The position numbers and the translations under genes were made by a program. Positions 18,787 to 29,227 of a DNA stretch of 64,000 bases are shown piece by piece (the stretch's first letter is position 1; the number at the start of each line of letters is the position of its first letter). The DNA lies in NCBI GenBank assembly GCA_041917655.1, contig JAYRXC010000024.1, forward strand, positions 1,426 through 65,425, written 5' to 3'. This stretch comes from Ignavibacteria bacterium. Its GTDB lineage: Bacteria; Bacteroidota; Ignavibacteria; Tepidaquicellales; OLB5. Under the pieces are notes generated by a model. It saw nothing but the letters and a program-made list of their open reading frames with translations, had not been told where the DNA came from and ran no database searches.

Positions 18787-18811
18787 CGGGGCAGGACGCC
18801 CCGTTTTTTTT
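18787..18811 (+). terminator. Rho-independent terminator
   Basis: GC stem cggggc / gccccg with loop aggac, followed by T8. Confidence 0.8.
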
Positions 18812-18894
18812 ATGGAAACAAATAATGCAGGTTTTACATTAAACTATATATAGAAGCATTGTAAACTTGAAGAAAATCATATAATTTGCCTGTA

Positions 18895-20157
18895 ATGAAG
18901 CAATTAATCCTGTTATTACTGTTAATACTTGGCTGCACTGTTTATTCACAGCAGAAGCTGCTGATACCTATGGATGTAAATTCACAAACTGACCACCTCA
19001 GGGCGTATGGAATTGCATACCGTCACCTGCTTGGCGGCAAGGAGCTTGACTGGCTGCTTAATTACCGGGGCGGTTCGTTTATGTTCGATTACAGCGGTGA
19101 ACTTGCAACCGAGTGTACTGCAAAGGGCGTAAGTTATGAACTCCTCAACGGCACACAGGCCGCGCAGGTTTATGCTGAAGTACAGGATGAGAACAATAAC
19201 ATGGATGTTGTGCGGCTGGAGAAAGTCGCGAAGATAGCCGTTTACGTTCCCCCAAATACCCTGCCATGGGATGATGCGGTTCAGCTTGCGCTTGATTATG
19301 TTGAGATTCCGTATGATAAAGTGTGGGATGAAGAAGTTATGCAGGGTAAGCTGAAAGATTACGACTGGATCCACCTGCACCACGAGGATTTTACCGGCCA
19401 GTATGGAAAGTTCTTCGCGGCATTCGGCGCATCGAACTGGTACCTGATGCAGAAGCAGACCAACGAAGATATGGCTAAGAAGCTTGGGTTCGCCAAAGTT
19501 TCTCAGCTTAAGCTTGAAGTTGCCAAAAAGCTGAAAGATTTTGTTGCAGGGGGCGGATTCCTTTTCACGATGTGTTCAGGTACTACCACACCAGATATTG
19601 CGCTTGCATCGCAGTTCACCGATATATGCGATGCAATGTACGACGGCGACCCGTTTGACCAGGACGCGAACAATAAGCTGGACTTTAATCAAACGATGGT
19701 ATTTAAGGATTTCCAGGTGCAGTTGAATCCCTATGTTTACGAATACTCCGATATTGATATCACCGACCAGGAGCTGATGGCAGGGCAATATAACGATTAC
19801 TTCACGCTGTTCGATTTCAAAGCGAAAATTGACCCTGTACCTACAATGCTTATACAGTGCCATACTTCGGCTATAAAAGGATTTTTAGGGCAGGAGTCGG
19901 GATTTAAAGAGCAATTCCTGAAACCTGCGGTAACTATACTCGCTAAAAACGACGGCACTGACTGGGTAAAATATGTTCATGCAAACTTTGGACGGGGTAC
20001 ATTCACTCTTTACGGCGGGCATGACCCTGAAGATTATCAGCATGCGGTCGGCGACCCCAAAACCGAGCTTGCCATGCATAAGAACTCTCCCGGCTACAGG
20101 CTGATACTGAACAACGTACTATTCCCTGCCGCGAAAAAGAAAAAGATGAAAACATGA
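18895..20157 (+). CDS. Conserved secreted hypothetical protein (420 aa)
   Basis: The ATG at 18895 gives a signal peptide (MKQLILLLLLILGCTVYSQQ). From memory, the N-terminus ('LLIPMD...Q.DHL(R/K)AYG(I)AY...WLLNYRGGSF') resembles a Bacteroidota family often labelled 'asparagine synthetase B'. I cannot verify this. Confidence 0.65.
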   Translation: MKQLILLLLLILGCTVYSQQKLLIPMDVNSQTDHLRAYGIAYRHLLGGKELDWLLNYRGGSFMFDYSGELATECTAKGVSYELLNGTQAAQVYAEVQDENNNMDVVRLEKVAKIAVYVPPNTLPWDDAVQLALDYVEIPYDKVWDEEVMQGKLKDYDWIHLHHEDFTGQYGKFFAAFGASNWYLMQKQTNEDMAKKLGFAKVSQLKLEVAKKLKDFVAGGGFLFTMCSGTTTPDIALASQFTDICDAMYDGDPFDQDANNKLDFNQTMVFKDFQVQLNPYVYEYSDIDITDQELMAGQYNDYFTLFDFKAKIDPVPTMLIQCHTSAIKGFLGQESGFKEQFLKPAVTILAKNDGTDWVKYVHANFGRGTFTLYGGHDPEDYQHAVGDPKTELAMHKNSPGYRLILNNVLFPAAKKKKMKT

Positions 20158-20233
20158 TGTTTGCTTAGATCCAACAGCATATGTAGTAATTAGTTAAGCT
20201 CATAAACAAAGAGGCTGCCTCAAATTGTGTTTT

Positions 20234-20282
20234 GTCATTCCTGCCATGCCAAGCTCTGCATGGCGAAGGCAGGAATCTTGAG
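20234..20282. repeat. REP-like palindromic element, family A, with a nested 20-bp hairpin insertion
   Basis: gtcattcctgc[catgccaagctctgcatggc]gaaggcaggaatcttgag. Compare the uninterrupted copy at 43098..43126. Confidence 0.7.
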
Positions 20283-20349
20283 AAATCAGTAAATGCTTTC
20301 TCTTAGACACAACTTTTGAGACAGCCCCTTTTGTTTAAACCGGGGAAAG

Positions 20350-20766
20350 TTACTTTTGCTTATTGTTTCCTTTGTTCTTTTTCTTTCCGTTTTTCTTCTG
20401 CATGTGTTTCTGTTTCTTGTTCTCTTTGAACTTATTCCACTTCTCGATCTGCTCTGTATTGAACACACCGGAAAGCTTTGAATCGGTGTCCTTCCAAATT
20501 GATTTCATCTGCTCTTTCCTTGCCTCTTTTGTCATCTCCTGGTTTCCTCTCAAAGCGTCAACCTGGGTTGCCTGGCTGTAGAGTATATCATATACCTGCT
20601 TCTGCTGATCATCTGTTAATGAGAGATGTTTTGTCATCTTGTCAGTCTTATGCTGGGCACGCTCTTCGGGGGTTTTTTTGAATTTTTCCTGCCCAAAAGA
20701 AGATTGAGAAATGAGAATTGCTGCGAGAATGAATGTAAAAATGCCGAAAATTTTGTGTTTTTTCAT
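20350..20766 (-). CDS. Periplasmic LTXXQ-motif (Spy/CpxP-like) protein
   Basis: Signal peptide, an 'LSLTDDQQKQVYDI' LTXXQ motif, helical Lys/Gln-rich sequence and a highly basic tail. Confidence 0.7.
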   Translation of the reverse strand: MKKHKIFGIFTFILAAILISQSSFGQEKFKKTPEERAQHKTDKMTKHLSLTDDQQKQVYDILYSQATQVDALRGNQEMTKEARKEQMKSIWKDTDSKLSGVFNTEQIEKWNKFKENKKQKHMQKKNGKKKNKGNNKQK

Positions 20767-20949
20767 CTTTTTTTATTGATTTAAGAATTTTGTTAGTTTG
20801 CCTCCTTTGGTTATAAGACAAAACCAATCAGCAAAGGTTTAAGATGAGGTTGTTTGTTTTACATTTGTTTACAAAAGCCTGGGTGAGAATGAAAAAGTCT
20901 GAAATTATACAGTAGTTTGTTTTAGCATTTATATCTCTATGTTTTCCAA

Positions 20950-20975
20950 GATTCATGCCTGCGCAAGAATGACAA
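20950..20975. repeat. Degenerate REP-like element, family A (inverted orientation)
   Basis: The reverse complement reads ttgtcattcttgcgcaggcatgaatc, versus the family consensus ttgtcattcctgcgaaggcaggaatc. Confidence 0.4.
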
Positions 20976-21024
20976 CTGTTTTCTTAGACCTTTCTCATGG
21001 GGATTTAAAAAACCCGGGGATTTT

Positions 21025-23880
21025 TTAATCGCGGTAGCAGATCGATGCGTAGGGGCAGTATTTGCAGCGGCCGGGGTCTTCGGTCTGGTTAAAAGGTGTT
21101 GCAGGATCGAATATCTCTTCGAACAGCTTGCTAAGATGTGATTCAAATATCTGCTTTCTCTCTTCGGGAATCGGTTCATCTTCAAACCAGTAAACACCGT
21201 CAGCTATCTTTTTCAAAGGATAAATGCCCACCATAAGACGTGAATTACTGTTCTCGTTCATATACAACGATGCATAGAACATCTGCTGGAAATTCTCTTT
21301 CATTTTGATCTCACTGAACAGTTTTTCGATATGTTCAGGATCAGATACTTTTGCGTTTTGCTTCTCGGCCTTCACAGTTCCTGTTTTATAATCAATAATG
21401 CGCGTAATACCGTTCTTTTGTTCAACACGGTCAAGTCTGCCGTGCAGTGTTACGGTGAAATCGCCGGCGGGTGTTTTAACCTTCAACTCACGCTCTATTT
21501 TATCTTCAATGGCCAGCACTTTGAAAGGAGCTTCAAGCAGGTCATGCTCCAATATCTTGTTTACCAATCTGTGAATTATGCTTTTGAACAGAACATTCTT
21601 CCCCTGCTTAATAGCGGCAAACTCTGCGTATTCATTCGCTTCAGTACATGCCTGTCTCCACAGTTCGTCATAGCTGCTATTGACTGTTTTGATCAGGGCG
21701 CGGATCTCCTTTTCACCGGCTGTTTTGCCTTTCAAATCGCGGTACAAAATATCCATTATCTGGTGCAGCAGGTTACCAAATGCCGCGCCGGTAAAGTACT
21801 CCTCAACAGAATCCTCTTCAGTCAGTCTTGCAGCGCGGCTGAAATAGAACTGCAGCGAACAGTTTATATACGTGGTAAGCGATGATGCCGAAAAACGTTT
21901 AATTCCTTTTAACAGCCCGAACACTTCTTCAGTTTTCGGAACTGTTATCTCCCGCCGCTCGGGAAGCGTGATATCACTTTCGAATACAGAGCTTCTGAGT
22001 GTAATACCCCGATTGAGTGCGGAAAGCTCATGCTCTATCTGCATGATGAAACGGCTCTTTTCTCCGGTAGTAAGAGTCCCGGTTTCGGTGTTATACAGCA
22101 GCGTAACATTTTCCGCGCGCTGAAGCAGGCTGTAAAAATTATATGCACTCGCTGCCTGCTCATCTTCTGCCAAAGGCATTCGGAAAGACCTGCGAAGCGC
22201 GTATGGTATGAACGAGCTCAATGAGTTATCACGCGGCAGGATGCCTTCATTCACCGAGAGGATATATACATTTTTGAAATCAAGCGACCTTGTTTCAAGC
22301 ATTCCCATTACCTGCAGCCCCTTTAGCGGCTCGCCGCTGAAAGGAATTTTTAGCGACGCTGCGGCTTCCATAAATATCCTGCCGAATGTTTCCTTATCTA
22401 TCCCGCCTGTATGCTGTCCTGAAATTGTGTTCAACCTGTTCAGCTCGGCATAAACCCTGTTAAGTATCTCTATCTCGAACAGCGCACTGCCCGCATCTGA
22501 ATTGCTGAATTCACCCAGCCCGACCAGCAGCCGTGAGACGTATTCATACAGCTCCTCTGCAGTGGCGGTTGACACGAACAGATCTTTAATAATACCATAC
22601 GTACCTTTAAAGCTCTCATGCAGAAATTTCTGCGATGCATAAATAATATTCCGCCTGTTGATGGTGTTAACAACCTCATCAGCTTCGGCGGGCGCAAACT
22701 GTTTGACCAATGGATGCAGCAAAACACCGATTACATCACGGTGATAGAAAGCAGCAGATCTGCCTGAGCCGCTAATGTTCTTCTGCAGCTCCATTACAAG
22801 CTTCAGAAGGCTGTATAGCCTTGAGCTGCGGAATGAATAACCCATCGTAACGTTTACCGCGTCGCAGTTTTCCGGCAGCGAGTTCAGCAGCGGAAGAAGC
22901 ATGCTGTCATCAGGCAGCACTATCACTGTATTGGCGAGCTCTTCTGCTGAAAGATTTTTGAGCCTGCTGCCAAGTATCTTCACCTGCGAAACTTCAAGGG
23001 GCGCGCCGATGACTTCAATAATCTTTTTGGATGTACCTAAGTTATTTTCTTTCCAAAGGGGTTCATTGATGTTAAGATCGGTGAAATTCTTTTTCAGGAA
23101 GCGGCCCGCTTCCTGTTTATCTTCATTCAGATAGTATTCATCGGCATTCCAGTACACTTCTGCCTCACCGCGCTTAAGCAGTTCGTTAAATATCACCTGT
23201 TCACACTTATTGAGCTGGTTGAATCCGGCAAAAATTATTTTCTTACATCCGGGCTCATAGGTTCCATTCTTAACGTTAAGCATAAGCTCTTTATATGCCA
23301 TGCCTTCGTAACATAATCCTTTTGCCTTAAGTGCTGACTGCAGCTCGCTGTAAACGCTGCCAAGTATCTCCCATGTCTGTATAAACTCGTCCTGGAGCCC
23401 TGAAATATCCTTTGCCGAAAAGCTGTTCCAGAACCTGTAGAACTCTTCTTTATCTGCAACGCTGACGGCAAAATCCTCTTCGATTTCCTTATGTTCCTTG
23501 AGTATCCTGAACAGCCTGGAAGCATCAATATCGTTTTTATCGATGTCATCAAAATCCCTTAGTATGATCTGACCCCAGGGATAGAACTGGTCAAATGTAA
23601 GCTCGCTGTTATATTTTTTGTATATTTCGTATATCTCAAATATAATGGTAAGGTCATCAGCAATCAGCCCTGAACAGTTTTCGTTTATGAAGTCATCGAT
23701 ACCTAAAGTAACCGGCGACCAAACAGGGGTGAAAATTTTTTCCTCAACAAGGAATTCAGAAAGATGATGCCTTAAATACAATCCGGCCCTTCGTGAAGGG
23801 AATATAATCTTCAACCCGGAAATATCCTTTCCATGCTCTGCATACAGCTTTTCCGCCAATTTTCTGAGGAATGGTTTCAA
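21025..23880 (-). CDS. PD-(D/E)XK nuclease family protein, AddB/RexB-like helicase-nuclease subunit
   Basis: 951 aa, translationally coupled (4-nt overlap) to the upstream UvrD-like helicase. C-terminal nuclease region 'RLDRVE...IIDYKTG' and terminal Cys cluster 'CKYCPYASIC'. Confidence 0.8.
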   Translation of the reverse strand: MKPFLRKLAEKLYAEHGKDISGLKIIFPSRRAGLYLRHHLSEFLVEEKIFTPVWSPVTLGIDDFINENCSGLIADDLTIIFEIYEIYKKYNSELTFDQFYPWGQIILRDFDDIDKNDIDASRLFRILKEHKEIEEDFAVSVADKEEFYRFWNSFSAKDISGLQDEFIQTWEILGSVYSELQSALKAKGLCYEGMAYKELMLNVKNGTYEPGCKKIIFAGFNQLNKCEQVIFNELLKRGEAEVYWNADEYYLNEDKQEAGRFLKKNFTDLNINEPLWKENNLGTSKKIIEVIGAPLEVSQVKILGSRLKNLSAEELANTVIVLPDDSMLLPLLNSLPENCDAVNVTMGYSFRSSRLYSLLKLVMELQKNISGSGRSAAFYHRDVIGVLLHPLVKQFAPAEADEVVNTINRRNIIYASQKFLHESFKGTYGIIKDLFVSTATAEELYEYVSRLLVGLGEFSNSDAGSALFEIEILNRVYAELNRLNTISGQHTGGIDKETFGRIFMEAAASLKIPFSGEPLKGLQVMGMLETRSLDFKNVYILSVNEGILPRDNSLSSFIPYALRRSFRMPLAEDEQAASAYNFYSLLQRAENVTLLYNTETGTLTTGEKSRFIMQIEHELSALNRGITLRSSVFESDITLPERREITVPKTEEVFGLLKGIKRFSASSLTTYINCSLQFYFSRAARLTEEDSVEEYFTGAAFGNLLHQIMDILYRDLKGKTAGEKEIRALIKTVNSSYDELWRQACTEANEYAEFAAIKQGKNVLFKSIIHRLVNKILEHDLLEAPFKVLAIEDKIERELKVKTPAGDFTVTLHGRLDRVEQKNGITRIIDYKTGTVKAEKQNAKVSDPEHIEKLFSEIKMKENFQQMFYASLYMNENSNSRLMVGIYPLKKIADGVYWFEDEPIPEERKQIFESHLSKLFEEIFDPATPFNQTEDPGRCKYCPYASICYRD

Positions 23881-26800
23881 TTCACTTCCACCGCCTTTAG
23901 CTGGTTAACATAAAAAAGATAGCCTTTAACTTCTTTATAACCCATGTTCTGAAGCAAAGTGATATAGTTTTTCACCTGAACGGAATGTTCTTCGGCAGCT
24001 CCCCCGGTTTTGAAATCAATAATACTTACCGATCCGTTATGAATCACCACCTTATCGGGTCTGTATGTTTCTCCACCGGGCTGAATAATATCGCGCTCGT
24101 TCCATGATGCAGCCTCGCTGCTAAACCATTTTCTTATAACCGGTGATTTAATTATTTTTTTCAGCTCTGCAATTAAGGAATCTTTCTGCTCCGCTTTTAG
24201 AATGCCCCATATTATAAGTTTATCCGCAGCATCAACTATTGCGCTTTCACTGGCGGCTTTAAGGATTGAAAGGGCTTTATGCAGGATAACTCCCCTGTTC
24301 TTTGACCGGCCAAGATCATTTTTAAGCTCAGGAACAAAGCCGCCGTATTCCTTCTTCAAAAGCAGCCTGCTGTATATATCATTTGAAAGTATCTCATCGA
24401 TCTGCAATACATCATACACCTTACCGGCGGATTTTGTGCTGCGCGGCAATGAAATATTACCGTAAACCAATTGTTCATTTGAGCTGTCATAAGAGCCGCT
24501 AAGTGATTCAGCGGAAGTAACTGTTTTCAGGACAAGCTCGCCTGTGTTATTTCCATTCTTTCCTTTTACGGGGATATTGATGTACAATCTTTCTTCCGCG
24601 CGGGTGAACGCAACGTAAAGAAGGTTTAGGTTATCCAGATTTGTCAGCGCAGCTTCTTCATTGTAGTCTTCCGCAAAATAGCTTTGCTCAAGTTCCTTTG
24701 ATGCCGCAACTAAAAATGCGGATGATTCATTGAACGGCGGTATATCTGTTGAAACCCAAAGCAGATCGCGCCCTCCTTTGATATTCATATCCCAGTTTAC
24801 AAAAGGCATAAATACCACCGGGCTCTGCAGTCCTTTGGCCTTATGAATTGTCATAACCTTCACAGCGTCGGCTTCGGATGGAACAATTATGCTTGCCGTT
24901 GCGCTTTTTTCCTGCCACCACTCTATGAATCCGTTCAGCCCGCCTGTTTTTTCATCATTATATTCCTTGATCATATCAAGAAAGCGCAGCAGGTATGCAT
25001 CAGCATTTCCGCCAAGTTCAAAGATCCTCATCAGCTCTTCTGCCAGCTCATACAATCCCATTCCAAACAGCCTGCTGCTTATTTTACCAGGCGAGCCTGC
25101 TTCAAAAAACTTTGACGGTATTTTGCTGCTGAAATGTGAATCAGAAGTCTTGAGATGATCAGTGAAGATAGCATTCAGATCAGCATCGGTATCTTTAATG
25201 TACACCAAGTAGTTGTATAGGATCTCAGTCTTCGCTATCACATTCGAGCTGTCATTAAGATAAATGAATATGTTTGTGAGCAGCCTTACCTTTGGTGAAT
25301 TCGTTAAAAGAAGTGATTCGCTGGATACGACCCTCAACCCGGCATTTATCAGATTATGAGCAGCCTCTGATGCATCGGCTAATCCCCTTACGAGTATCAT
25401 AATATCACTTTGTGAATAGCCTTCGGCAAGCACACGCTTTATTTTTGCGATCATATCTGCAATAGAGCGCTCCCTGGCAGTTTGGCCGGTATCTTCATCA
25501 TTGCGGAAAAGATCGATACAAACTCCGCCGCCGGTGCTGCCGGTGCCGGAGCTTTGCTCTGATCCTGAATACGACCTGCTTATCAGGTGGCGGTATGCTT
25601 CAGGCGCGCCTTCTGAAGTGATCTCTGCCGCGCGTTTGAAAAAGAGATTGTTGAAATCAATAATCTCTTTCCTGCTTCTGTAGTTTGAAGCCAGGCTCTC
25701 TTCTTTTATCATTGGGCTGAATCCGGCAAGGTCATTTTTCACATCCTCAAGAAGCAGCTTCATGTTGCCGTTTCGCCAGCGGTATATTGATTGCTTTACG
25801 TCGCCCACTATAAGCGAGCCGTTATTTTCACTCAGCGAGTTTTCAAGCAGCGGCAGGAAATTCTTCCACTGGAATGTCGATGTATCCTGGAACTCATCTA
25901 TTAGGAAGTTACGGTAATAATTGCCGATCTTTTCATATACAAACGGACTGCTATCGCCGGTAATAACTTTAAGCAGTATAGTATTTATATCAGATATCAA
26001 GAGCAGCCTGTTATCATCGCGGTAAACTTTAAGCTTATCCAAAAGATCTTTGAATATCCCCAACACATAAACTGTTTTGATTAGCTGCGCTGCGGTGTTA
26101 TACTTTACAAACCGGCTGTCGTAATACTCAACGGCATTTTTAAGCAGCTCATAAAGTCCTGCTTCCGCGGCGGCCTTCACCGCAGGCTTTGATGTTTTGT
26201 TGCACATCTTGCTAATATTGCCAGCCGCTTCGCGCGCGCGGGAACCGGGTTCGTAATGCTCAGATTTTATCCCATATCTTATTTTATTCAGCAGGTAATT
26301 TATGTAGCCGCCTTTTTTATAGGGAAAGTCATCCATGGTGAGGCTGTGTTCTTCCGTTATGACGATTGCCTTCTCGGCAATATCCTTCATGTAGCTCTCA
26401 AACTCATTCTTTATCGCAAAAAGCTTCCCGATAAAGCTCTTCAGCTTTTCGCGGCTATCGGCAAGTGATTCGCTCTTGCCTTTCCTGATCCAATACCGCT
26501 CCTTAAATATCTCATCCCCTAGCGATCTTATTTTCCGGTCTATGTTCCAGCCTTTTTCATCATCGATACTGTAGAAGATATATTCCTCGATGAAACGCGT
26601 AAGCTCCTGATTCAGCCCTGCTTCATCCAGCAGCTTATCGGTTATCTTTTCAAGCACTTCAGCCTGGTCAAGCTCAATATTATACCCAAGCTGCAGCTTA
26701 AGCTCCTTGGCAAATGCCCTGATGACCCGGTGAAAAAAGCTATCGATAGTGGAAACGGCAAAGTAAGAGTAGTTATGCAGTATGTTTGTAAGGACTGTGC

Positions 26801-27059
26801 CGGCGTTATGCTTTATGTCTGCCTTAACGCCTTCTTTTCTGAGCAGGTCATGCAGTCCCGCGGCTTCGCCTTTGGCAAGCTTTGCCAGCGAGCTTACTAT
26901 ACGGCTCTTCATCTCATCGGCAGATTTATTGGTGAACGTGACCGCCAGGATGTTTCTGTAGCACTCCGGGTTAGCAAGCACCAGCTTCAGATATTCTTTG
27001 ACCAGAGTAAAGGTTTTGCCTGAACCTGCCGAAGACCTGTATATTAGGAAATTGTTCAT
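23877..27059 (-). CDS. UvrD/AddA-like ATP-dependent helicase-nuclease subunit
   Basis: Walker A 'SAGSGKTFTL', 'AVTFTNKSADEM', 'IDEFQDTS', 'VMTIHKAKGLQ', 'LLYVAFTRAEERL', and a C-terminal 'RPDKVV...IIDFKTG' nuclease motif. Confidence 0.85.
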   Translation of the reverse strand: MNNFLIYRSSAGSGKTFTLVKEYLKLVLANPECYRNILAVTFTNKSADEMKSRIVSSLAKLAKGEAAGLHDLLRKEGVKADIKHNAGTVLTNILHNYSYFAVSTIDSFFHRVIRAFAKELKLQLGYNIELDQAEVLEKITDKLLDEAGLNQELTRFIEEYIFYSIDDEKGWNIDRKIRSLGDEIFKERYWIRKGKSESLADSREKLKSFIGKLFAIKNEFESYMKDIAEKAIVITEEHSLTMDDFPYKKGGYINYLLNKIRYGIKSEHYEPGSRAREAAGNISKMCNKTSKPAVKAAAEAGLYELLKNAVEYYDSRFVKYNTAAQLIKTVYVLGIFKDLLDKLKVYRDDNRLLLISDINTILLKVITGDSSPFVYEKIGNYYRNFLIDEFQDTSTFQWKNFLPLLENSLSENNGSLIVGDVKQSIYRWRNGNMKLLLEDVKNDLAGFSPMIKEESLASNYRSRKEIIDFNNLFFKRAAEITSEGAPEAYRHLISRSYSGSEQSSGTGSTGGGVCIDLFRNDEDTGQTARERSIADMIAKIKRVLAEGYSQSDIMILVRGLADASEAAHNLINAGLRVVSSESLLLTNSPKVRLLTNIFIYLNDSSNVIAKTEILYNYLVYIKDTDADLNAIFTDHLKTSDSHFSSKIPSKFFEAGSPGKISSRLFGMGLYELAEELMRIFELGGNADAYLLRFLDMIKEYNDEKTGGLNGFIEWWQEKSATASIIVPSEADAVKVMTIHKAKGLQSPVVFMPFVNWDMNIKGGRDLLWVSTDIPPFNESSAFLVAASKELEQSYFAEDYNEEAALTNLDNLNLLYVAFTRAEERLYINIPVKGKNGNNTGELVLKTVTSAESLSGSYDSSNEQLVYGNISLPRSTKSAGKVYDVLQIDEILSNDIYSRLLLKKEYGGFVPELKNDLGRSKNRGVILHKALSILKAASESAIVDAADKLIIWGILKAEQKDSLIAELKKIIKSPVIRKWFSSEAASWNERDIIQPGGETYRPDKVVIHNGSVSIIDFKTGGAAEEHSVQVKNYITLLQNMGYKEVKGYLFYVNQLKAVEVN

Positions 27060-27145
27060 TTGTTATTGGCAAAGATACAAATACGAATCAACAAACCCTA
27101 AGCATGGCCTGTTCATTTCTGCAATGATGCTGTAAAGCCTTATGT

Positions 27146-28981
27146 CTATTTTACCGCAGTTGTTTCCGGGTGCAAATGCTTTTCGAGGAATTTTTCCATC
27201 GCTTCGTAAAAATCGAACCTGTTTTCTTCGTTGTGGAATCCATGGCCTTCATTATCCTTTACCATATATGGGACATCGATCCCTCTTTTTTTAAGGGCTT
27301 CAACTACCTGGTCAGATTCATTAACATTAACTCTTGGGTCCATCCTGCCCTGCGCAATGAATAGCGGCGCCTTGATCTTATCAACATGGAAAACCGGCGA
27401 AGCTGATTCAAGAAGCTCTTTATCGGTTTCCGGATTACCAACCATATCATACATCATTTCAAGGAACGGCTGCCAATAAGGCGGAATTGATTTCATAAAC
27501 GTAAACAGGTTCGATACACCAACATAATCCACTCCGCATGCATACAGATCGGGAGTGAAAGCCAGCCCGGCAAGCACAGCATAACCGCCGTAGCTTCCCC
27601 CGTAAATCGCGACGCGTTTGGGATCAGCAATGCCCTGTTCTTCAAGCCATTTAACGCCATCGGTAAGGTCATCCTGCATTTTGCGGCCCCACTGCTTGAA
27701 AGATGATTCCCAGAACTTTCTGCCGTATCCAATAGAACCGCGGAAGTTTATCTGCAATACAGCATATCCCCTGTTTGCGAGGAATTGTACTTCAGGGTTG
27801 AATCCCCAGAAATCCCTTGCCCATGGACCGCCGTGCGGGTTGAGAACAACAGGCAGATTCTTCGCTTCTTTGCCTCTGGGCAGCGTAAGGTAACCATTCA
27901 GCTTCAGCCCGTCGCGAGACATAAATGATATGGGCTTCATTTCAGACATTTCATCTTCTATGATCCAGGGAGTAACATTATTTATTTTGGTCAGGCTATC
28001 GGTAGTTTTATCATATATGTGATATGAACCATTTGTTCGGTCATTATATGCCGCTACAATGTACTTTTCTTCATTATCATCGGTGTCAACAATTGTAACC
28101 TCATATCCTGCAAGCTCTTTTTCAAGCTTTTCATAGATCCTGCGGATCTCATCATCGAGGAATACGCGCTCTGTTTTATGGGTATAACATGGAATCACCG
28201 TCAGCACTTTTCTTTTCCTGGAATACTTCAAAATGCTAAGGTCAACTTCCGGATGTTCATAAAGTACTTTCAGCTCCTTATTATTTTTGATATCGTACTC
28301 AACTATGGCTGCTTTATCCCTCCCGAGATTTGAAGAAGCATATATGTTCTTATCATCAAAAGTGAAAAAAAGCGGCGCAAGCATCTCCCTGAAATTAGTG
28401 GTTATGATAGTTTTGAACTCATCTGCTTCGCTATCCCTGTACATAATTCCGTTGTTAACGCCGTCAGTAGTCAGCGCGATCCTTATTATCCCTTTGTGAT
28501 CGGTTCCCCACCCCGATACGTTACCCGGGTTTTCGGCAGCCATTTTCATTTCACCTGTTTCGAAGTTGAGGCGGTACACATCAAAAAATTCGGGATTGCG
28601 TTTATTCAGTTCAATAAGTATTTCCGATTCATAATCTTCCAGCTCGTCAACTATATTAGCCCTCACGCCATTGAACGGCGTTAAGTCTTTAGAGCCGCTG
28701 CCATCAGTAAAAACCGAATACAGGTGAAAATTTTCATCACCGGCATTATCTTTAATATACAGTATAGTCCTATCGTTGCCCCAAAGATATTTTGCAATAT
28801 CTCTTTCCATTACATCCGTCAGCCTGCGCGGCTCGCCGCCGGCTATTTCCTGCACAAATACGTTTAGCCTGCCTTCGTATGGAGCCATAAATGAGAGATG
28901 TTTGCCGTTAGGTGATATAGCATAATTGGTGCGTTCGGGATTTCTGAAGAAATCTTTTAGTGGTATGGTATTTTGCAGCAT
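27146..28981 (-). CDS. S9-family serine peptidase (prolyl oligopeptidase / dipeptidyl aminopeptidase-like)
   Basis: N-terminal beta-propeller-like region. C-terminal alpha/beta hydrolase with the nucleophile elbow 'GGSYGGY', 'GRMDPRV' and 'EGHGF'. Confidence 0.9.
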   Translation of the reverse strand: MLQNTIPLKDFFRNPERTNYAISPNGKHLSFMAPYEGRLNVFVQEIAGGEPRRLTDVMERDIAKYLWGNDRTILYIKDNAGDENFHLYSVFTDGSGSKDLTPFNGVRANIVDELEDYESEILIELNKRNPEFFDVYRLNFETGEMKMAAENPGNVSGWGTDHKGIIRIALTTDGVNNGIMYRDSEADEFKTIITTNFREMLAPLFFTFDDKNIYASSNLGRDKAAIVEYDIKNNKELKVLYEHPEVDLSILKYSRKRKVLTVIPCYTHKTERVFLDDEIRRIYEKLEKELAGYEVTIVDTDDNEEKYIVAAYNDRTNGSYHIYDKTTDSLTKINNVTPWIIEDEMSEMKPISFMSRDGLKLNGYLTLPRGKEAKNLPVVLNPHGGPWARDFWGFNPEVQFLANRGYAVLQINFRGSIGYGRKFWESSFKQWGRKMQDDLTDGVKWLEEQGIADPKRVAIYGGSYGGYAVLAGLAFTPDLYACGVDYVGVSNLFTFMKSIPPYWQPFLEMMYDMVGNPETDKELLESASPVFHVDKIKAPLFIAQGRMDPRVNVNESDQVVEALKKRGIDVPYMVKDNEGHGFHNEENRFDFYEAMEKFLEKHLHPETTAVK

Positions 28982-29227
28982 TTTAATTTTCTTTATTTTT
29001 AAGAAAGAAATGTGAATTAAGGCTTTTAAAAAGTACAGAAATTATAGAATACACAAAATGAAGATTTATGCAGTAAATAATGAGAGAGTCCGGAATTTAC
29101 AAGAGCAAAAGTCCTGAAATTTACTGTCCGTCACTGCTTTACCTGCTTAATGCAGAAAAGCAAATATTTGTTTCACTCAACGAAACTTTGTATTCAATCC
29201 GATTCCGCGAAATCCAGAAAAAGTATG

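Noticed and set aside
21025-27059. The large helicase + PD-(D/E)XK nuclease pair as a novel defence system
   Set aside because: The architecture matches the housekeeping AddAB/RexAB-type recombination complex common in this group: a UvrD-like helicase with a C-terminal nuclease, plus a partner with a terminal Cys cluster. There are no neighbouring defence or mobile genes.
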